NCBI GenBank assembly: GCA_973895155.1
Contig: OZ316892.1
Span: forward strand, 22,359,168 to 22,423,167
Length of the DNA stretch: 64,000 nucleotides
Direction: 5' to 3'
Source of the DNA: Marsupella aquatica
Taxonomy: Eukaryota; Plantae; Marchantiophyta
A program made the position numbers and the translations under genes. Shown in pieces: positions 13,603 to 25,356 of the stretch. How positions within the stretch are numbered: position 1 is the first letter of the stretch; every line of letters begins with the position of its first letter. The notes beneath the pieces are model-generated. The model was not told the origin of the DNA and searched no databases. It saw nothing but the letters and a program-made list of their open reading frames with translations.

Positions 13603-16363
13603 ATGGCATTGTTAGTTGAAGAGGATAGACGTCGGACAAGGAATCGGATTAGGGCTCACAGCTACTACTCTTAGCTTTCTCAAGAGATTTCAATGGAGAG
13701 ATTATAGCGAGGGATTGCAGGAAAGGATCGAAGATAGAGGACGGGATTGCAAGGGAACGAAGCAAGCACTAGCTACATAACCATGGTGCAAGAGATAGGA
13801 GAGGGGTCGGCAGGAAGAGAAGGGATTCCCGAAGGGAACACAGAGAGCACAAGAAGAGAAGGGATCACAGAGAGCTTGCTGTCCACGTTGACTGCAAAAT
13901 TCAATGTTGGTGAGGGCGAGGCTGCTGGCTTGGCCACTTTTATATCTTCCCTATTGGAGAAGGGCTGCTTGGATTCAGTTTCTTTAGCTAGAAAAGCATT
14001 CGAGGAGGAGCAAGCCAAGAAAGATGAGGAGAGGAAGAAGAAAAAGGAGGAGAGGAGGAATCGAGCTATAGTCCCCCTTGATTCTCTGTCACCAGGAGCC
14101 CGGGAGAAGGAGCTGAAACACAAACACAAAGAGGGATTGAAGAAGGCACGGGAGGAGGAGAGAGAACGAGAGAGAAGAAGGAGATCAATGCCTTTCATAG
14201 ATTTGAGTAAGAGACTGACGGTTGAGCCCTCATCATACTATCTATTCAAGTCAAACTTACGGCAAGTAGTAAAAGCCAATTTTCAGCTGCATGAGCTTTG
14301 GTCTATTGCAGCGGATGGCACTAGAAGGAGCGAAGAAGAGAGAAATAGGATCATTGCTCAGGTCCAGGACAGATTTTGCAATGGAACTGCCATCCCAGCT
14401 ACATACATTTCCAATGCAATTTCAAAGAGCTTGATTGATAAGCAAAATCATCAAAGGACCATGATTCGAGAGTACCTTCAAACTCCCAAAAGGCGAATTG
14501 AGACTGCAGACGAGATCCACAGGGCAGGCTGTCCTACCAGTGGCACCATTGACCAGGGATGTTGGGACAATATGATTGTGGAGGAGCTGCAGATGAGAGC
14601 ATGGATCAATATAAGGAGACTTAAGTCAGAAATTGAGGCATTGCAAGCTAAAGAACCACCACAACCAGAACTGTTGAGCATTGCAATCGGAAAGAAGGCC
14701 ATGTGTGAGAGGATTGCAGCAAAACTTGGGGATCCTCCTAAGGCATTGCAACTTGGCGTGATCAGGGCAGAGAAACGAGGCAAAGTACCCACACACAAGC
14801 TTGGACAGGGAGGTACCAAGAAATTACAAGCCGAATTTGTAAGCCTCCTCCTCCTCCTCTCGCATGCAGTCTAAAGAGCTTTGTTGCAGGAAGCCTGTCT
14901 TCAATGCATGCAGTAGTGCTATGACCGTTGAAAACGTTCAGCCTGGACTTGTATTTTTTAAGTTCCATGGTCCAATTTCCTTCCAATTTTTCCCGTATCG
15001 TAAGTAGAATTGGAAGCAAAGGGTTTGCGCTTTAGTGCCGGAAAGCTTCCAATTGTGGTCCAATTAGACCCGCATCGGAATCATCGGAATGCTTTTACTA
15101 TTGGATTATTGAAAACATTTTAGGGCGTGGTTTGGGTTACATTGTGTTAATTTGTGGGTGTTAGGTACTTCGAAAGGGCCGGACAACATCAAGTGCTGAG
15201 CTTGATGAGGGTGTTGAGCATGGGGCAAAAGCTCTTTTTGACCGTTTGAATATGGAGGTCAGAGAGGTATGTGCACTTTAAGTTACCCGTTTTAATATGT
15301 TTCCCTTCATTTGTTATGATGTTTGACTTGGGTAGAAGGAGGTTTTGGCATTTGTACATAGGTAGGCCTTGGGGAATCACTCGTTGGATTATTAGAACGG
15401 GGTGCAAACAAATGAACGTTATTTTTAATCTTGTTAGAGTAATAATTATAATCAAAAACTTATACTAAAGGCATTTAAAAATCCAATTTTGGTAAAAAAA
15501 ATTAGTTTTTATGTTCATGAAGGTATTTAAGAATTGTCAAAGTCATGTTATAAATGGTACAAGGGTATATTTAATTGAATTTATTTTTAAATTTATTTTT
15601 TCAAATTCCATTGGTTTGTTCTCACGTGTTTTAGGGGTTTTACTCTAAGTGATTCCCCAGGGTAGGTAGGTAGGAGTGGAATTGATGATTTGTGCTAGGG
15701 CTTTAATGATGCATGCATGTAATTAATCACTTTTAGTTGGAAATTGTTGGAAATTGTAGCTATATGTAGTGTTGCATACTTTTTGTCAATTTGTTGTTTT
15801 TTGTTCATTTGTTTGGAGTGTCATGGGGGGATTTGTAAGTATAATTTTAATTGTGGCCTCAGTCTCTAGTATATCCACTATCTTCACATTATACATATCT
15901 TAACTCAAACATTATTTGTGAAATATAGCAGATTGATGAGTCAGACTCAGAGGCTGGTAGTGGCGATGATGATGATGCAGATGGCACAGAAGAAGCCAAA
16001 CATATGGAGGGGTCTCATTTAGTAGAGGGTGGGGGCAGTGGTACTAGGAGACTATCCTCCAGGGGTAGCACTAGGGGACTAGCCTCACGGGCTAGTGGTG
16101 GGGGGTCGGCTGCCTCAAGGGGCAGCACAGGGGCACCAGCCTCAGGGGGTAGCAATTGGAGATTGAGCACCGGCGGCGCTACTGGGGAACCACCCGTGAG
16201 GGATGCACCCTTGGGGTCACCGAGTCCTGCACCTAGAGCCACACCAAGGAGGAGGAGTGCTCGCACAGGGACAGCAGTTGGCCAGAGTCCTCCAGTGACT
16301 GCTCGGTCATTAGCCCAGGAATTCACCACACGACCTGCTCAGCGACGGTCTACACGACATTAG
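13603..16363 (+). pseudogene. CACTA second ORF (TnpA/ORF2-like), multi-exon
   Basis: ATG at 13603, in-frame TAG at 13672, then a 375-aa frame (13747-14874) with a charged coiled coil and HKLGQGG before a GTAAG donor. A low-complexity last exon lies at ~15930-16363. It sits inside the TIRs, divergent from the transposase. Confidence 0.55.
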
Positions 16364-17158
16364 CTTTTAGGCTTAGTTTAAGGACCATAAGTTTAGGGTA
16401 GCCTGGCCTAGGTACCAAAAGTTTAGTGTTTGGGTTGGATGAGCATGCTATTTTGAATCATTAATGGAGAAACTTCAGGGTTTACTATGCTCCTTCTATG
16501 CTCGGGGTATGTTTCCCCATTTTGTATATATGCTATTAGCTCTCCATATATTGACTACCCACTTTTTTGGTGTAATTGTAATAGCCTCCATGACCCCTAA
16601 TTACCAATAGAAGAGAATCCTCAATATCTGTCACAATCCAACCAAAAGGGAATCGAAAATTGTCTTCCGACATAAATGGAGTTGCAACCTCACTTCCAAT
16701 TCCCCTTAAATGGAAACCCACTTTCCGATGTGCTTACAATTGGAAACCATTGTCCGACTTTAAATGGCATGCAAACTAAGTTCCGATTTATCTCAAATTG
16801 GAAAATACTTTCCAATGGTTTTAACATGGATAACTAATGTACGATTCAACGCGTATTGAGAATCATTTTCCAATTCTATGGCAATCGCAACAAAGATCCC
16901 AATTGTAGAGTGCTTGGAGATGGTTTATCCATTTTACAATGATCGGACAATTCGTTGCCATTCCTTACAAATTGCACATTGTCTCCGATATGGTTTTAAT
17001 TGGAAATGTCCGATCTTGGTCCGATCACGCTATTCTGATAGTTTTAGCATTGGACAATGCAATTCGACTAATATCGGACCACCGGGAAAATCCGCCAAAA
17101 TCCGCTGAAGGGGTCCGATTGGGGGATAATCGGTCTAGAGGGTGATTCTGTACTAGTG

Positions 17159-17460
17159 CTACAAGGATTCAATCCATAAGTCTGTGGAATTCAGCCGGAG
17201 CATTCTTTAACCCAAATGGTAAGAACTATTCATGATACAAATAATCCTTGGGCCATACAAATCAGTTCCCCATAATGATGTCTTGGACCAGTTAAAATGC
17301 CTAGTTGAATTGAAGAGTTTTCTTTTTCACTTTGGGTTAAGTTTTTTCCCAAAGAGAAAAGAAAACTCCTCTCTCATAGCAAAAGGCCAAAAAATCTGTA
17401 GACATCCAGATTTAGACATCATCAGTCCCCTGCCTAAAGGGAAATAGTCCCTTAGGTAAA
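17159..17460 (-). pseudogene. Ty3/gypsy RT relic, N-terminal part
   Basis: Minus strand reads FLPFGLKNAPAEFHRLMD*ILV, the motif that precedes YxDD. It joins 5230 once the CACTA is removed. Confidence 0.75.
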
Positions 17461-17895
17461 ATTGACAGAGCCTCAGCATTCATGTGTAGACAAAAAAAAT
17501 TCATTCCAGCATACGTTACATCCCACCCCTTCCTGCTTGCCAGCTTAGATTGCAGGCTATAGATATATATGACACGTCAAGATATGTACCATTACTTCAT
17601 CATATTACCAGAGTGGTACATCTTTATTTCTTATTTTTCCCTCATTTCTAGGTTTCCGTCGTTCTCGGTTCTCCCTATTCTTTAGTTGTTTAGGGTTTTG
17701 GACCTTGCTGGACAGTTGGATCCTTTTTCTTCTAACTGCTGTACATCACTTATTCCCGATACAAACGGCTGAGATCACTCTACGTCATTGTTTACCTGGA
17801 TGGAGCCGCCCTCAGTTTGCACTAGAGAGACCGCTTTGCCTGTCTGATCTGAAGACGCTTCTTGGCATTCACTGCAAGCTCCTGTCCTCCCCCTC

Positions 17896-17902
17896 TATAA
17901 AA
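17896..17902 (+). promoter_or_regulatory. TATA box of the phytocyanin gene
   Basis: CTATAAAAGG about 145 bp upstream of the ATG. Confidence 0.6.
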
Positions 17903-18040
17903 GGGCCTCGATTCCCCCGCATTCTAAGCAATTCCGTTTTCTCTGGAGCCGGTGCGTTGAGTATATGAGCTTTGGCAAGTCCTCCTTTGCCCATCACTGT
18001 CTAGCTAGTGCGACACATATTAAGAAGTCCGATCAGAACA

Positions 18041-18730
18041 ATGGCTCGCAATAGCTACGCAAACAGCACCGCAAGCACTGCGGTGCTGCTGTGTGTGATG
18101 GTAGTTATGTGTACCTCTGCAACAGCGGTGACGCTGGAGGTGGGCGGAGCAGTAGGCTGGACATTTCAGCGCTACGGACCCATCACCATCAGGCGTGGTG
18201 ATGTCTTGGGTATGTGATTTCTCAACATCTTAGGTTACTGGAGTAGAAGGAACGCTTGTACTTTATTCCATATCCGTTTGCCCAGAGTTTGTCCAGAGTC
18301 AGTAGCTTTGGAAGCAGTACGCTAATTATAGACGCCGAATTATTATCCGACTTTCAACTGGTTGTTTGGCAGTAAACGTAGAGTCCATTGATATGGCGTT
18401 TAGGCAAGAGTAGATCGACAAATTGCAGTGCAGTGACAAATGCATTCATTATTTCGCTGATATCGATAGAGAGACTTCTCTTTAGGGGCAAAATGAAATT
18501 GATATGTTTCTGTATGATCTACAGTCTTCAAGTACAAACCTTTCCACTCCGTATTGGACGTCACCGAGGCGGATTACCTTTCTTGCAACACCTCGAGGCC
18601 ACTTAAAGAGTACCTCTCCGGGTACGATCTCGTCCAGTTCAACACTCCGGGAAAGTACCACTTTATCTGTCGAACTCCCGGTCACTGCGGTGCTGGAATG
18701 AAGCTGCCTGTTACTGTCGCTTTCGAATAG
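18041..18730 (+). CDS. Phytocyanin (plantacyanin/basic blue copper protein), 124 aa, exons 18041-18209 and 18525-18730
   Basis: Signal peptide, VGGAVGW, GDVL|VFKY across a phase-1 GT-AG intron, and Cu ligands in FHSV and ICRTPGHCGAGMKL (H, C, H, M), plus the disulfide Cys. Confidence 0.93.
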
Positions 18731-20096
18731 AGATTATGGAGATCCTTCGCCGTTCAGCAACCAGTCTGAGCTCAAAGTTCTCTGACATTCTGGCTAGAAG
18801 TCGAGTTTTAGCAAATTGAAAGCTTTTGGCGGGCGGTCACGAGATACAGTAATAATCAACTCTTCCTCAGAAACTACTGTAGCCCACGAGAATATCTTGA
18901 CGATTCGGCAGTTAAGATGCAGGGCAGCAATATACTAACAGGAGACGGAATAATAAAAGAGTAGGCTGTCTGGCTAGTCAAGCTCTCTATGTGGCTGTCC
19001 AATTGTTTATTAAAATTTCTGTTTTCCCTTGGTTTCTGGAATAAAACTCGGCAACATCTGATAGCTAGCGATCCGCATTTTCATACTTCGAATTGTTTGA
19101 TTTGCGACGAAACGGTAGTTACCCTAGTAGGAAACTAAGGGATTATATACCTCTGTCTTCTTTTCACTGCCAGTACACAAGCCAGTACAGTACCTACCCT
19201 AAACAAGGTGGTTTTAGTCGACAAGACACTTTGTTACAGTTTCATTTTATTGTGCATGGGTTGAATTCTGTTTACTGGCTTCCTTCGTTTAGAATTTAGA
19301 TTGAAGTGTCTGTCAAGGTTGATAATGGTGAAACCTTGATTGAACTTGTGTATGTGATTATGCCGTGATGGTCATCTGAAGTTTTCACTATCCTCAGTTC
19401 TTCTTTACGAGATTTATCTCTTCGTCTAATTCTGTTCTTCTTAGGCTGGAACGTGGCATTGATGACTACCTTAGTGCCATCAGAATCCGCAAGTACGTAG
19501 AAGCTAAATTACCAAGATAAGCCCATCTGTTATAGAATATTGTGATTGATTGTGAGCAAAAGAGTGAACAAATCAATTGAATATGGAATAAATTTAATTG
19601 TCTTCGAATGAAAGGATGAGAAAATAAACAGTTTCTTGGAAAAGTAACGAATTTCTATAATAGTGAATACTAAATTAGAGAAAGGGGTTTCCACTCATAG
19701 GAACCCTGAAGTAAATGACAAACTTCCATTTGGTTCTCTACTAATTCACATTCATCCTCAAAGTGAGCTAATATAGAAAACAATATATGACACTCTAATA
19801 CTAGAATCAAGTAAAAATAAAAATAATATTCTTTGTGGGAAGGGATATCCATCAAATTCAAATTGTGATGGCTGACAGTCGAAAAAGAGCAGTGTGATGC
19901 ACGAGGTTATCCCCCAGTTTAAGTGCGCTACTCTTGATGACAGGTGGTCATGTTATCTCCGGTAAGTATCATAAATCGAGCGTAGAGTACAAAAATGTGG
20001 TTTTGGCCTTGTGCTGTCCGGGGAGTGAACTTTACCACGCATTTGGACTGGTCCTGGCTTGAGTGAATGTACTGCCAGACCTACCCTCATGAAAGG

Positions 20097-20102
20097 TATA
20101 AA
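20097..20102 (+). promoter_or_regulatory. TATA box upstream of micropeptide copy 1
   Basis: AAGGTATAAAGT; the same GTATAAAGT occurs upstream of all four peptide loci. Confidence 0.6.
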
Positions 20103-20283
20103 GTATCGCTGCCTTCCTCATTGTCCAACTTTCCCTCGATAACATAGAACGACCACCGGTCCTCTCACAGAGCAACTTTCTTCTTTAGTATACGGAGTCC
20201 ACTTCGGTATCACTTGCTTACCGGAGTTTTCGACTTGCCAAAGCTCAGACGTTCACGGACAGCAAACTTTTCTACTCTGCCAC

Positions 20284-20358
20284 ATGGATCCCAACGATAT
20301 ATTCTACGGTGATGACGCTCCAGCATGGTTGACTACATCCAACGGCGACGACTACTGA
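20284..20358 (+). CDS. Acidic micropeptide MDPNDIFYGDDAPAWLTTSNGDDY (24 aa)
   Basis: ATG-to-stop ORF conserved with 8 other copies, mostly through synonymous changes, while its flanks do not align. Confidence 0.75.
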   Translation: MDPNDIFYGDDAPAWLTTSNGDDY

Positions 20359-21870
20359 ACTTTTTGTGAATAACTAAGCTATGGCCTTCTCCATAGATCG
20401 GTGTAGATAGCAGCCATATTCTATTCCATGTCCAATCTTTTGCCGGTTCTACATTTCAAGTCAAGGATCAGGGAAGGACGATCAGTTAGTAATCCTTGGC
20501 CTGGGATATGGACTCCCATGGACTCTCCATTACCTTTTCAGCAGGTCAAGGAGAATGGCGGGCTCCAGGAAATCTAGACCCGTTAAAATGCGTCGAGTGG
20601 TAACTTACAAGACTAAGCACCGCTCAAGGATGAGGTCGAGCTGAAGCGTAAAATGATCTGAACTCTTGTAAATAGGTCATTAATTTTTGATACATTGCAT
20701 GAAACATGTTCAGCTTGAGCACCCCTTCAATCGTTGTCGATATATAGTGAAAAGCGACTTTAGAATATTAAACTGATCGACTGGTCAGCTTAACGGCACA
20801 TATAGTTCATTCTGGGAGCCATATCCCCCTGTACATATCCATACAAATTTATTCTTTGTAAGAAGATACCTCATTCATAGGTTTCCATCTTCACGTCACA
20901 GATCACAGAGTGTGCATATTCTTTATGGATGTCGATCAGATATCCTGCTCTTTGTCGGAAAAAAAATATAGATATGTTTTTGGCTCTCCTCGCAGGGTGG
21001 CCCTTTGGATGTAAGCCACGAAATGTCATTAATTTACTCCTCTGAGCAAAAGCACGCTTTGGTTGGTTTATTTTAACCCTAAATTTCCCGAGCATCTACT
21101 TTATGCAAACCAACGTTGGCCGGAACTTCAATACTGCCTGTTGGTGATTTCCATGCGCGCGCAGAGAGAGGGTATCCAAACTGTCCGATTACTGCATTAG
21201 AATGTAATTCGAATATTGAGTGAGCCCTTAGGGTAGAACATACATGTCAATCATTGTTGGATTGTGCCTCTTAACTCTCGAGGTGCTGCCACTTTGCGCA
21301 AGATTCTCATACCTTCCGGAAAACTCTAGTCCAATCTAAACCCTGTCTGTCATTTATAGCTGCAACAGAAACATATCTTAAACATCTCAAAAACTGATGT
21401 TCTATGGTTAATTAAGTGACTTGCTTTAAACACAAAACAGACCAAAAATAGTGGTTTAGAGAGATACTCGAAACTGGAAAAAATGCCAAGCAGCACGATC
21501 GAAAAGGGAATCAAGACCTCCTTTGCAGGAAACTAGATTTTGGCTGAGCACAGTGCACTTCTCCATCCATCCAAGACGACTGTTGACTGGGCCACCATGA
21601 ATTTGACTAGTATCGATTCTATTCAAACGAAGATTCTATGAAAAGATTCTCTAAAATTGTTACTTTCAAAATGAAATTGCGCAGATCTACAATACTTCAA
21701 GACTAAATATTAATATTCTAGATGCTAAGTATCCAGTAATTCCTGTTTAGAGGGCACTATGGGATGAAATGAGAGCTGTAGCTTGAGTTTTGAGATATTT
21801 ACTTATGGTTCCCATGAACAACACTCATCGAGGTGTTTACCCAACCAAAGCCAATGGCTGGAGACTAAAT

Positions 21871-22120
21871 CTTGGGGGCCTCACTCTAAAGGAGGTTTTA
21901 TAACATGCTTGACTTTTTCAGCTATTAAACACATTAAAAAATAAAATTAAAAAATGAACTATTTTGCTGCCCCTATCTTTTAGAATATTCTAAAAAGATT
22001 TCTAAAATTCATTTTTAAGATACTATCTTCTTTTATAAATTCTAAAAGTATATTTAAAAAATCCTAATATTCTTCTACATAAATTTATCAAACCCTATAC
22101 TTACTTTTGCATGAGTAAAT
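21871..22120. mobile_element. Degenerate MITE of the 8-bp-TSD family
   Basis: Starts CTTGGGGGCCTCACT and has the AT-rich CCCTAT interior; the right end is eroded. Confidence 0.4.
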
Positions 22121-22174
22121 AAGTGTGTCTGGACTAAATATATTGCTCTTACCCAACCAAACTTAAGCCATTGG

Positions 22175-22506
22175 TGTTGAACTAAGACGTCATTCGTAAC
22201 GACCATACAACCATGATTCATTCCATGTACACGTAGTCGACACAATCTCTACGTGGTTCACCTTTTCTCCAAGGCTACGTCCACATGAACACTCAAGCTT
22301 TACTTCAAGAGTAGACGAACACACATCCTCTCCCTCTTCCTCAAGTTGCTCTGTTACAATGAGTAAGCACCACACACCAGCGGCTTACACTAGCCCTGGT
22401 ATATACAAGGTCACACACGACTAACCTAACCTCAGCTAAGATCCTAACTGTGGTTAGCCTAAGTGCCGTAACCTATGAGTCACAAGACTAAGAACAATCC
22501 TTAACA
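22175..22506. mobile_element. Solo LTR (332 bp)
   Basis: TGTTGA...TTAACA ends with a 5-bp TSD ATTGG (22170-22174, 22507-22511). Confidence 0.8.
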
Positions 22507-23577
22507 ATTGGCTGGAGACTAAATTATTGCTCATACTTCTCATGCCCAACCAAAGCCATTGGCTGGTGACTTAATTGTTGCCCATATATAATGCTCTTGA
22601 AACATAGACTTATTACAGTTAAAGGCCTGAGAGGTTTATATTTGTAACCCTAGTAAATAAAGTACACTATAATATTCCCCATCCAGATTTATGTGAAAGG
22701 AGCCCTATGCCTTGCCTGTGTGTTGCACGGTGCAAAGAGGGTCAGCCCATAGGAAGTCTAGCCGGGGTATTTATGGGGTAGCGGGAAGCACATATGTGAC
22801 AGGGGTGCACATTTCCACTATCAGTGGTCAAGAAAATATCAATCAAATCCAAACACATGTGCATTTTTCCACCCAGAGGTTTTTGTATTGGAACAAAAGA
22901 CTAAAAAAGACTTGATACTTTATTATAGTTGTAGATTATAAAATCAAAATGCCCTACATATTACAATACAAAGGCAAAAATCACCAAAGGCGTTACCTAC
23001 CGGTACTTGACCCGGTATAGAGAGTACCAGCACGGGAAAATGAAAATTTTACCTGACCCGGAAAAGACAGTATCAACATGCTAAACTGATAATCTGACCG
23101 CCGCCTGTTGAGGCTCCCGTCCTGGGACGCTTTTGTCATTGACCTTCAGGCCGCGACTGGTCTTTCTGGCTAGACCCGTGCAATCGTTTTCCTCAAGTTC
23201 TTCTCGGCCATTGAATTTTGTGCATAGCTCTCTTCGTCCCCACTGCATTTTGGCTGCACACGCTGTCATCATTGGTAAGACAGGTTCAATTCGTCTCCGT
23301 CGTTAATATTGAGGCACCGAGTCAAAGTCCCTATTTCTACGTGTGCCAAGAATCAGAATCCAGGCTGAGTGGGAAGTAGTCTCTGTGCGCGGTAATGTTT
23401 GTTGAAAATGCTCAGCTGAATGGTTTCAATTTCCCGAGCAAATCTGAGAACGCTCTGTTAGGACGAGGTTTTAGGCGTCTGACAGTTCCAACCTGAATTA
23501 TCTTGCGCCAGTTATGTGACATGGACTGAGCATACGCGGTTGGATTGCTCCACCGTGTCTGCTAAATGGAGGCAAGG

Positions 23578-23583
23578 TATAAA
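23578..23583 (+). promoter_or_regulatory. TATA box upstream of the micropeptide tandem array
   Basis: AAGGTATAAAGT, 210 bp before the first ATG. Confidence 0.6.
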
Positions 23584-23787
23584 GTTATCCTCAGCTTACT
23601 GAATCAAGCACACAAGACTCCTCGATTTGTATCTTCCTCGCGCTCCCTAGATCTTCCATGTCCTCAGATTCTGAATGCTCGTCTACATCCATCCTCAATC
23701 TATCCGTGGCAACGTCTCAAGCTTCCATCAAGGGCCTTGAGGTTCGATTCACGAATTAACCTTCAGAATACGGAGTTCTTCTTTGAA

Positions 23788-23865
23788 ATGGATCCGAATG
23801 ATATGTTCTACGGTGATGACGCCCCAGCGTGGCTGACTGCCTCCAACGGTGACGACGAGTGCTGA
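23788..23865 (+). CDS. Micropeptide MDPNDMFYGDDAPAWLTASNGDDEC (25 aa)
   Basis: Translated directly; GAAATGG start context. Confidence 0.75.
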   Translation: MDPNDMFYGDDAPAWLTASNGDDEC

Positions 23866-23965
23866 TCTATTCTTGAACGCTGCCGTGCCTTATCAGACTT
23901 TCATTCAAAGGCCTTGACAACACATACAAGAGAAAATTCAAAACAGCAGGTCGTCAATCTCTGAA

Positions 23966-24043
23966 ATGGATCCCAATGATATGTTCTACGGTGATGACGC
24001 CCCAGCGTGGCTGACTGCCTCCAACGGTGACGACGACTGCTGA
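23966..24043 (+). CDS. Micropeptide MDPNDMFYGDDAPAWLTASNGDDDC
   Basis: Array unit 2, intact. Confidence 0.65.
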   Translation: MDPNDMFYGDDAPAWLTASNGDDDC

Positions 24044-24142
24044 TCTTTTCTTGAACGCTGCTTCCCTTATCAGGCTTTCATTCAAAGGCCTTGACACCAG
24101 TTGACAAGAGAAATTCAAAACAGCAGGTCGTCAATCGCTGAA

Positions 24143-24220
24143 ATGGATCCCAATGATATGTTCTACGGTGATGACGCCCCAGCGTGGCTGACTGCCTCCA
24201 ACGGTGACGACGAGTGCTGA
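24143..24220 (+). CDS. Micropeptide MDPNDMFYGDDAPAWLTASNGDDEC
   Basis: Array unit 3, intact. Confidence 0.65.
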   Translation: MDPNDMFYGDDAPAWLTASNGDDEC

Positions 24221-24321
24221 TCTATTCTTGAACGCTGCCGTGCCTTATCAGACTTTCATTCAAAGGCCTTGACACCAATTCACAAGAGAAAATTCAAAAC
24301 AGCAGGTCGCCGATCTCTGAA

Positions 24322-24399
24322 ATGGATCCCAATGATATGTACTACGGTGATGACGCCCCAGCGTGGCTGACTGCCTCCAACGGTGACGACGAGTGCTGA
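24322..24399 (+). CDS. Micropeptide MDPNDMYYGDDAPAWLTASNGDDEC
   Basis: Array unit 4, intact. Confidence 0.65.
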   Translation: MDPNDMYYGDDAPAWLTASNGDDEC

Positions 24400-24499
24400 T
24401 CTATTCTTAAACGCTGCCGTGCCTTATCAGACTTTCATTCAAAGGCCTTGACAACACATACAAGAGAAAATTCAAAACAGCAGGTCGTCAATCTCTGAA

Positions 24500-24577
24500 A
24501 TGGATCCCAATGATATGTTCTACGGTGATGACGCCCCAGTGTGGCTGACTGCCTCCAACGGCGATGACGAATGCTAA
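24500..24577 (+). CDS. Micropeptide MDPNDMFYGDDAPVWLTASNGDDEC
   Basis: Array unit 5, intact. Confidence 0.65.
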   Translation: MDPNDMFYGDDAPVWLTASNGDDEC

Positions 24578-24704
24578 TTTACGTTCGAATTGCTATATCG
24601 AGTAATCTAGGTGGGAACCGTGAATTCTTCATGTTCACTGACACGCAACCGACGATTTCATCAATTGCTGCGTTGTATTTCTTATATCGATCCGCATTCA
24701 CGAT

Positions 24705-24758
24705 ATGTTTAACGAAGGTGACGCCCCAGCGTGGATTACTGCTTCCAACGAGTGCTGA
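24705..24758 (+). pseudogene. Truncated micropeptide copy MFNEGDAPAWITASNEC
   Basis: First ATG lost; in-frame deletion. Confidence 0.6.
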
Positions 24759-24854
24759 ACACTGAACGCTGCCGTCGCCTATCAGGTTTCATTCGAAGGC
24801 ATTGAGATCAAGTTCACAAGAGGAAATTCAATATCTGAAACAGATTCGAACGAT

Positions 24855-24887
24855 ATGTTCTACGGTGACGGCGATGACGAGTGCTAA
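24855..24887 (+). pseudogene. Internally deleted micropeptide copy MFYGDGDDEC
   Basis: First ATG mutated to ACA; the central DAPAWLTASN is missing. Confidence 0.6.
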
Positions 24888-25042
24888 CTAATTTCTAACC
24901 CGATTTCTAACCGCCTCATACAAATTTCTAGAAGGGAACCGAGAAAATTCTTCTCGCTCGCTGATCGATACAAATCCGGCGATTTCTCATCTCTTCTGTT
25001 CTTAATATCGATCCGAGTTTTAAGTGCTCCAGTATCACTACA

Positions 25043-25120
25043 ATGGATCCCAACGATATGTTCAACGACGACGACGCCCCAGCGTGGTTGACTGCTACCG
25101 ATGAGGACGACGAGCTCTGA
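25043..25120 (+). CDS. Divergent micropeptide MDPNDMFNDDDAPAWLTATDEDDEL
   Basis: Intact 25-codon ORF in a CAATGG context with unrelated flanks. Confidence 0.65.
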   Translation: MDPNDMFNDDDAPAWLTATDEDDEL

Positions 25121-25289
25121 TCAACTACTGAGCTGCCTTCTCCATCTTATATAGGTGGGGACCGAGAATGGATGGAATCGATTTTCAGAAAAAACCTGGA
25201 ATTCAGCGTTCGGAATTAGTGGTCTCTCTGCTCGATCTTTCCGCATCGATGCAAACGTTCAGGGCTGGAACCTAGTGGTGCTGGAATTA

Positions 25290-25356
25290 ATGGATCCCAG
25301 CGATGCTATCTTCTACGGAAGATGCTACCTCGCCGTGCTTGACAGCCCGTCCCTGA
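25290..25356 (+). pseudogene. Frameshifted micropeptide relic MDPSDAIFYG...
   Basis: The N-terminus matches the family; similarity continues only in a shifted frame (DATSPCLTA). Confidence 0.45.

Larger units (their letters stand above)
5231..17158 (-). mobile_element. CACTA (En/Spm) DNA transposon, structurally complete, coding regions decayed
   Basis: TIRs CACTAGTACA (5231) and TGTACTAGTG (17149-17158); 3-bp TSD CTA on both sides; subterminal TCCGAT/CCAATTGG repeats; Tnp2-type transposase inside. Confidence 0.95.
23783..24890 (+). repeat. Tandem array of ~178-bp units, each a peptide ORF plus a ~100-bp spacer
   Basis: ATGs at 23788, 23966, 24143, 24322 and 24500; degenerate units follow. 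Confidence 0.95.

Noticed and set aside
23566-23865. 99-aa ORF ending in the peptide, read as a precursor with a leader
   Set aside because: Its ATG lies upstream of the TATA box and no other copy has the extension. The conserved unit starts at MDPND.
23783-24890. Repeat-spacer array resembling CRISPR
   Set aside because: The spacers are near-identical, the repeats are 78-bp ORFs, there are no cas genes, and the context is eukaryotic.
20284-25120. Peptides as secreted hormones or RiPP precursors
   Set aside because: No signal peptide, no DY sulfation motif, and no BURP domain or modifying enzyme in the window.
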